The translations under genes and the position numbers were made by a program. The notes under the pieces were generated by a model. That model was not told where the DNA came from, searched no databases, and was given only the letters and a program-made list of their open reading frames with translations. Below, in pieces: positions 59,446-64,000 of a stretch of DNA of 64,000 bases; the stretch's first letter is position 1; each line of letters opens with the position of its first letter. The stretch covers positions 2,891 to 66,890 of the forward strand of contig CBFHUI010000003.1 of assembly GCA_965658725.1 (NCBI GenBank), read 5' to 3'. Source of the DNA: Alphaproteobacteria bacterium. Its GTDB lineage: Bacteria; Pseudomonadota; Alphaproteobacteria; UBA7985.

Positions 59446-62118
59446 ATGCTCGATAAAACCTTCGACTCCGCCGCCGCTGAAGCCAAGTATCGCGAGGCGT
59501 GGGAGCGTTCCGGCGCCTTTGCTGCTGACCCGTCGTCAGGGAAGGAGCCCTATGCGATCATGATGCCGCCGCCGAACGTGACGGGTACGCTGCACATGGG
59601 CCACGGTTTGACCTTCACCTTGCAGGACGTGCTCGTCCGCTATCACCGCATGCGCCAGAGCGACACGCTGCATCAGCCCGGCACGGACCACGCCGGGATT
59701 GCCGTGCAGGCAATCATCGATCGCAAGCTCGACGCCGAGGGACTGACCAAGCAAGACATTGGCCGGGAAGAGTTCCTCCGCCGCGCGTGGGAGTGGAAAG
59801 AAGAATCCGGCAATACCATCACCAAGCAGCTCCGCTACCTCGGCGCAACGCCGGACTGGGACCGTGAGCGCTTTACCATGGATGAAGGGCTGAGCCAGGC
59901 GGTCAAGACCACCTTTGTCCAGCTTTACCGCGAAGGCCTGATCTACAAGGACAAGCGGCTGGTGAACTGGGACACCAAGCTCAAGACCGCCGTTTCTGAC
60001 CTTGAAGTCGAGCAAAAAGAAATCGACGGCCACCTCTGGCACTTCCGCTACCCCATCGACGGTGAAGACGGGCGGTTTATCACCGTGGCTACGACGCGGC
60101 CGGAGACCATGCTGGGCGATACCGGCGTGGCCGTGAACCCGAGCGACGAGCGCTACACCGACTTGATCGGCAAGAACGTCAAACTGCCGCTGGTTGGCCG
60201 GTTGATCCCGATCGTGGGGGATGACTATGCCGACCCCGAAACGGGCTCTGGCGCAGTCAAGATTACCCCGGCGCACGACTTCAACGACTTTGAAGTCGGC
60301 AAGCGCAACGATCTGGAAATGATCAACATCCTGAACGCGGATGGCACGCTGAACGACGCCGTTCCGGCGGCCTATCAGGGGCAGGACCGGTTTGCGGCGC
60401 GGAAGCAGGTTGTTGCCGACCTCGACGCGCTGGGTCTGCTCGAGAAGATCGACGATCACTGCCACATGGTCCCACACGGCGACCGCTCTGGCACTGTGAT
60501 TGAGCCTTGGCTGACCGACCAGTGGTACGCCAATGCGCAAAAGCTGGCAGAGCCTGCGATTGAAGCCGTCGAGACGGGACGGACCAAGTTCGTGCCGGAG
60601 TCCTTCGCCGACAACTACTTCCACTGGATGCGCAACATCCAACCGTGGTGTATTTCCCGCCAGCTGTGGTGGGGCCATCAGATTCCTGCGTGGTATGGGC
60701 CGGATGGTGCCGTCTTCGTTGCGGAAAGCGCCGAAGAAGCACAGGCCGAGGCCGACGCCCACTACGGCAGCGCGACCGCACTTGTGCAGGACGATGACGT
60801 CCTCGACACGTGGTTCAGCTCTGCGCTGTGGCCGTTTTCCACGCTCGGTTGGCCGGAAAAGACACCTGAGCTGGACAAATACTATCCCGGCAATGTGCTT
60901 GTGACTGGCTGGGACATCATCTTTTTCTGGGTGGCCCGGATGATGATGATGGGCATCCACTTCATGGGTGATGTTCCCTTCCGCACCGTCTACATCCACA
61001 CTTTGGTGCGTGACCAGTACGGACAGAAAATGTCCAAGTCCAAGGGCAACGTCATCGACCCTCTGGACCTGATCGAGAAATACGGCGCGGACGCTCTGCG
61101 CTTTACCATGACCGCGCTGGCCGCGCCGGGCCGAGACATCAAGCTCGCCGAAAGCCGTGTTGAGGGCTACCGCAACTTCACCACCAAACTGTGGAACGCT
61201 GTGCGGTTTGCGGAGATGAACGAAGCAAAAATCGCCGACGGTTTTGACCCCGCGACCGTGACCCACGTGCTCAACACCTGGATCGTAAGCCGTGTGAACG
61301 AGACCGTCGCCGCTATGGATACGGCGCTGGACGGCTACCGCTACGATGGCGCGGCTTCTGCGCTTTACCAGTTCATCTGGCACGAGTTCTGTGACTGGTA
61401 CATCGAGCTGTCCAAGCCGATGCTCTACGACACCGAAAACACCGCCATGCTGACCGAAACGCGCTCGACCATGGCATGGGCGCTGGACCGGCTGGTCCAC
61501 CTTGCGCATCCGATTATGCCTTTCGTCAGCGAAGCGCTGTTCGAGCAATTCGTGGCAGAGGCCGCCAATAAGCCCGGCGCGCGCCTGATCACGGCGCCGT
61601 GGCCACATACGATAGAAGTGCCGGAGAGCACCGGGACCGCTGTCGCAGAGATCGATTGGCTTATCGGGGCGATTTCCGCTGTCCGCACGGCGCGGGCTGA
61701 GTTGAACATCCCGGCGGGTGCAAAGGTTGCTGTGCAGGTGAGCGGCGGCAACGAGACCACGCTCGACCGTGTAAACCGGCACCGCGACCAACTGATGAAG
61801 CTGGCACGGTTGGAGAGCATCGAACCGCTGGCCGGCGATTTGCCTAAGGGCGCGGCGCAGGTCGTGGTCGAAGAGGCAACCTTTGTCATTCCGCTGGAAG
61901 GCCTCCTCGATGTCTCCGCCGAGATCGACCGCTTGGGCAAGGAAATGGCCAAGCACGACGGCACTATCGCCAAGCTCAACGGCATGCTGAGCAACGAGAA
62001 CTTCGTCGCCCGCGCGCCGGAAGAGGTCATTGCAAAGAACAAGGCCCTTCTCGCCGATGCTGAGCAGGCGAAGGCCGGGGTTCAGGCGGCGTTGGATCGG
62101 CTCAAAGCGCTGGGCTAA
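59446..62118 (+). CDS. valS: valine--tRNA ligase
   Basis: PPPNVTGTLHMGH (HIGH) and KMSKSKGN (KMSKS) motifs. 890 aa with C-terminal coiled coil. Confidence 0.95.
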   Translation: MLDKTFDSAAAEAKYREAWERSGAFAADPSSGKEPYAIMMPPPNVTGTLHMGHGLTFTLQDVLVRYHRMRQSDTLHQPGTDHAGIAVQAIIDRKLDAEGLTKQDIGREEFLRRAWEWKEESGNTITKQLRYLGATPDWDRERFTMDEGLSQAVKTTFVQLYREGLIYKDKRLVNWDTKLKTAVSDLEVEQKEIDGHLWHFRYPIDGEDGRFITVATTRPETMLGDTGVAVNPSDERYTDLIGKNVKLPLVGRLIPIVGDDYADPETGSGAVKITPAHDFNDFEVGKRNDLEMINILNADGTLNDAVPAAYQGQDRFAARKQVVADLDALGLLEKIDDHCHMVPHGDRSGTVIEPWLTDQWYANAQKLAEPAIEAVETGRTKFVPESFADNYFHWMRNIQPWCISRQLWWGHQIPAWYGPDGAVFVAESAEEAQAEADAHYGSATALVQDDDVLDTWFSSALWPFSTLGWPEKTPELDKYYPGNVLVTGWDIIFFWVARMMMMGIHFMGDVPFRTVYIHTLVRDQYGQKMSKSKGNVIDPLDLIEKYGADALRFTMTALAAPGRDIKLAESRVEGYRNFTTKLWNAVRFAEMNEAKIADGFDPATVTHVLNTWIVSRVNETVAAMDTALDGYRYDGAASALYQFIWHEFCDWYIELSKPMLYDTENTAMLTETRSTMAWALDRLVHLAHPIMPFVSEALFEQFVAEAANKPGARLITAPWPHTIEVPESTGTAVAEIDWLIGAISAVRTARAELNIPAGAKVAVQVSGGNETTLDRVNRHRDQLMKLARLESIEPLAGDLPKGAAQVVVEEATFVIPLEGLLDVSAEIDRLGKEMAKHDGTIAKLNGMLSNENFVARAPEEVIAKNKALLADAEQAKAGVQAALDRLKALG

Positions 62119-62124
62119 GCCTGC

Positions 62125-62964
62125 TTACTTGTGATCGCCGGCCCAGATTTCGATATCCCGGGCCTGCAGCTTTTCCGTGATCGCGGCCAGCGCGGCGTCG
62201 AGCTTTGAAATGTCTGAGCCGCGCAGCACGATCGAGGTGCCAGACGCGCCGGGTTTGAAGTAGGGGTAAGAACCCACGTCAACGCCGGGGAAGGCGTCCT
62301 GCACCTCGCCCATTTCTGTTGCAATCACCGACTCTCCGATCAACACGGTAATCGTCCGGCTCTCGACCACGGCGCCACCTTGCAGCGATGGAAGGAGCAT
62401 ATCGACCATAGCCTGCATGATCTTGGGCACACCGGCGAGGACGTGGACGTTTTTGATGCGAAAGCCCGGCGCGGAAGAGACTGGATTGTCCAGCAGGTCC
62501 GCCCCCCGAGGCACCCGCGCCATCTTGCGCCGTGCTTGGTTGAACTCGCCCTTGGCGTAATGGCGCTCGAGGATGCGGACCGCTTCGGGGTGCTCGAAGG
62601 TTTCCGTGCCAAAGGCTTTGGCGATGGCATCAGCGGTGATGTCGTCGTGAGTCGGGCCGATCCCGCCAGAAGTGAAGACGTAATCAACCTGTGCGGACAA
62701 GGTGAGCACGGTGTCGATGATGGTTTGTTCGACGTCCGGGATCACCCGCGCCTCAACCACTTGCACGCCGATTTCCCCCAAACGCTGGGCCAGAAAGCTG
62801 AGGTTGGCATCCTGCGTGCGGCCGCTGAGGATTTCGTTACCAATTATGATGAATGCTGCGGTGACGCGGGTGTCCTGGGGCACGGTCGGGATCCTTTGCT
62901 GGTTCACCGATTGAATTAGATCAGAAGTCCACGCAGGACAGCCCGATCCGCTGTTCGGCTGCAT
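62125..62964 (-). CDS. CinA-like molybdopterin-binding (MoCF_biosynth) domain protein
   Basis: AFIIIGNEILSGRTQDANLSFLAQRL, then FTSGGIGPTHDDIT, match the CinA N-terminal/MogA-MoaB fold. N-terminal extent uncertain. Confidence 0.75.
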   Translation of the reverse strand: MQPNSGSGCPAWTSDLIQSVNQQRIPTVPQDTRVTAAFIIIGNEILSGRTQDANLSFLAQRLGEIGVQVVEARVIPDVEQTIIDTVLTLSAQVDYVFTSGGIGPTHDDITADAIAKAFGTETFEHPEAVRILERHYAKGEFNQARRKMARVPRGADLLDNPVSSAPGFRIKNVHVLAGVPKIMQAMVDMLLPSLQGGAVVESRTITVLIGESVIATEMGEVQDAFPGVDVGSYPYFKPGASGTSIVLRGSDISKLDAALAAITEKLQARDIEIWAGDHK

Positions 62965-63080
62965 GGCGCTTTTAACGTTTGGCGGGCCATGCGATACAGA
63001 AACACCAATAGCTGCGCACGAAGTGCACGCGCCCCTTCAGGGGTGTTCTAATGGCGGTTGTAACGGGGTAGAAACAGGCC

Positions 63081-63851
63081 ATGACCGAGCCCACTTTGAA
63101 AATCGCCTTCACGGCCTCCAACGCCCCTGTGGCCCAGCAGGCGATGGAAGAGCTGCGCTCGATTTATCCTTACGTGAACCCCCGCGAGGCGGACGTCATT
63201 GTCGCGCTGGGCGGGGATGGGCACATGCTCGATGTTTTGCGCGAGTTTGGCCAGCTTGCACCGGTTTACGGCATGAATCGCGGTACGGTTGGCTTCCTGA
63301 TGAACAACTTCGAGCCAGACAACCTGATCGAGCGGCTGGGCGCAGCGCGGCGGGTCAAGGTCTGGCCGATCAACATGATCGGCAAGGACGCCAACGGCCA
63401 AAGCTTCCGCGCGCAGGCCTTCAACGAAGTCTCCCTGCTGCGACAGACCCGGCAGGCTGCAAAAATCAAGATCATGATCGATGGTATTGAGCGCCTGGAC
63501 GAGCTGGTGTGCGACGGGGTGCTGGTGAGCACGCCAGCGGGCAGCACGGCCTATAACCTCTCCGCCCACGGCCCGATCATCCCCCTACGCTCGCGCCTGC
63601 TGGCGCTGACCCCGATCTCTGCCTTCCGCCCCCGGCGCTGGCGTGGAGCGTTGCTGCACGACGAGACTGTGGTGCGGATGGAGGTTAAGTCGCCCGACCG
63701 TCGCCCCGTTTCTGCAACGGCCGACAGCACTGAATTCCGCGATATCGCGTGGGTACAAGTCACCACCGACAAGGGCCACGGCGTCACACTGATGTTCGAC
63801 GAAGGCCAGCACCTCGACGAGCGGATCATTCGCGAACAATTCCAAGGTTAA
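63081..63851 (+). CDS. nadK: NAD+ kinase
   Basis: GGDGHML and NEVS motifs of the PpnK family, followed by DGVLVSTPAGSTAYNLSAHGPI. Confidence 0.9.
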   Translation: MTEPTLKIAFTASNAPVAQQAMEELRSIYPYVNPREADVIVALGGDGHMLDVLREFGQLAPVYGMNRGTVGFLMNNFEPDNLIERLGAARRVKVWPINMIGKDANGQSFRAQAFNEVSLLRQTRQAAKIKIMIDGIERLDELVCDGVLVSTPAGSTAYNLSAHGPIIPLRSRLLALTPISAFRPRRWRGALLHDETVVRMEVKSPDRRPVSATADSTEFRDIAWVQVTTDKGHGVTLMFDEGQHLDERIIREQFQG

Positions 63852-63859
63852 AACGCCCC

Positions 63860-64000
63860 ATGTTTACAATTGCCGGTGAATCCCTCATCGACTTTATCCA
63901 GCAGCCTGCCGTGAAAACCGAGACCGGCTACCCGGTCTACGAGGCCTTTCCCGGTGGTGGGCCCTACAACATTGCGCGGGCCTTGGGTCGGCTGGGGGAG
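63860..64000 (+). CDS. PfkB-family carbohydrate kinase, N-terminal fragment (window edge)
   Basis: MFTIAGESLIDFI...GGGPYNIARALGRLG matches the ribokinase/fructokinase N-terminal sugar-binding motif. Truncated at 64000. Confidence 0.6.
   Translation, partial: MFTIAGESLIDFIQQPAVKTETGYPVYEAFPGGGPYNIARALGRLGE

Noticed and set aside
1-64000. CRISPR arrays, IS elements or transposases, phage genes, toxin-antitoxin pairs, restriction-modification or other defence systems.
   Set aside because: None found. There are no long direct-repeat arrays and no DDE/serine/tyrosine recombinase-like ORFs. Gene content is housekeeping and catabolic throughout.

Overview
High-GC (~62%) window that looks chromosomal rather than accessory, from an alphaproteobacterium. 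Gene content and synteny are Rhodobacterales/Roseobacter-like, but this is an inference. No CRISPR, IS element, integrase, phage or recognisable defence genes were seen. Gene order is as follows. A partial c-type cytochrome is translationally coupled to a CueR-like MerR regulator. Next comes an orphan amtB, then tRNA-Trp-secE-nusG, which ends in terminators and a convergent rpsD rather than the usual rplKAJL-rpoBC. Then an SDR, a SpoU/TrmJ methyltransferase, a LeuA/CimA-family synthase and a HSD17B10-like dehydrogenase. Then a block of GMC oxidoreductase, hydroxyisobutyryl-CoA hydrolase-like enzyme, acyl-CoA synthetase, thioesterase and Qor. Then an orphan MalK/UgpC ATPase. Then an Entner-Doudoroff cluster zwf-pgl-edd-glk with a convergent eda, in which zwf carries an in-frame TAG at a conserved Tyr codon. 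Then a UbiH-family monooxygenase, cysK-sseA and an LdtD/YcbB L,D-transpeptidase. Then two tandem MttB-superfamily methyltransferases next to an Fe-alcohol dehydrogenase, an enolase-superfamily enzyme, a peptide/opine-type ABC transporter and a PhyH dioxygenase. Then a nucleoside salvage locus (add, upp, deoB-deoA-cdd, BMP-family ABC transporter). Finally sufE, pcm, tolC, a PopZ-like DUF2497 protein, valS, a cinA-like gene, nadK and a partial pfkB kinase. The most checkable anomaly is the zwf nonsense codon. The most plausible under-described system is the MttB/enolase/ABC/PhyH cluster. It has no corrinoid partner in the window and has a perfect palindromic operator candidate.
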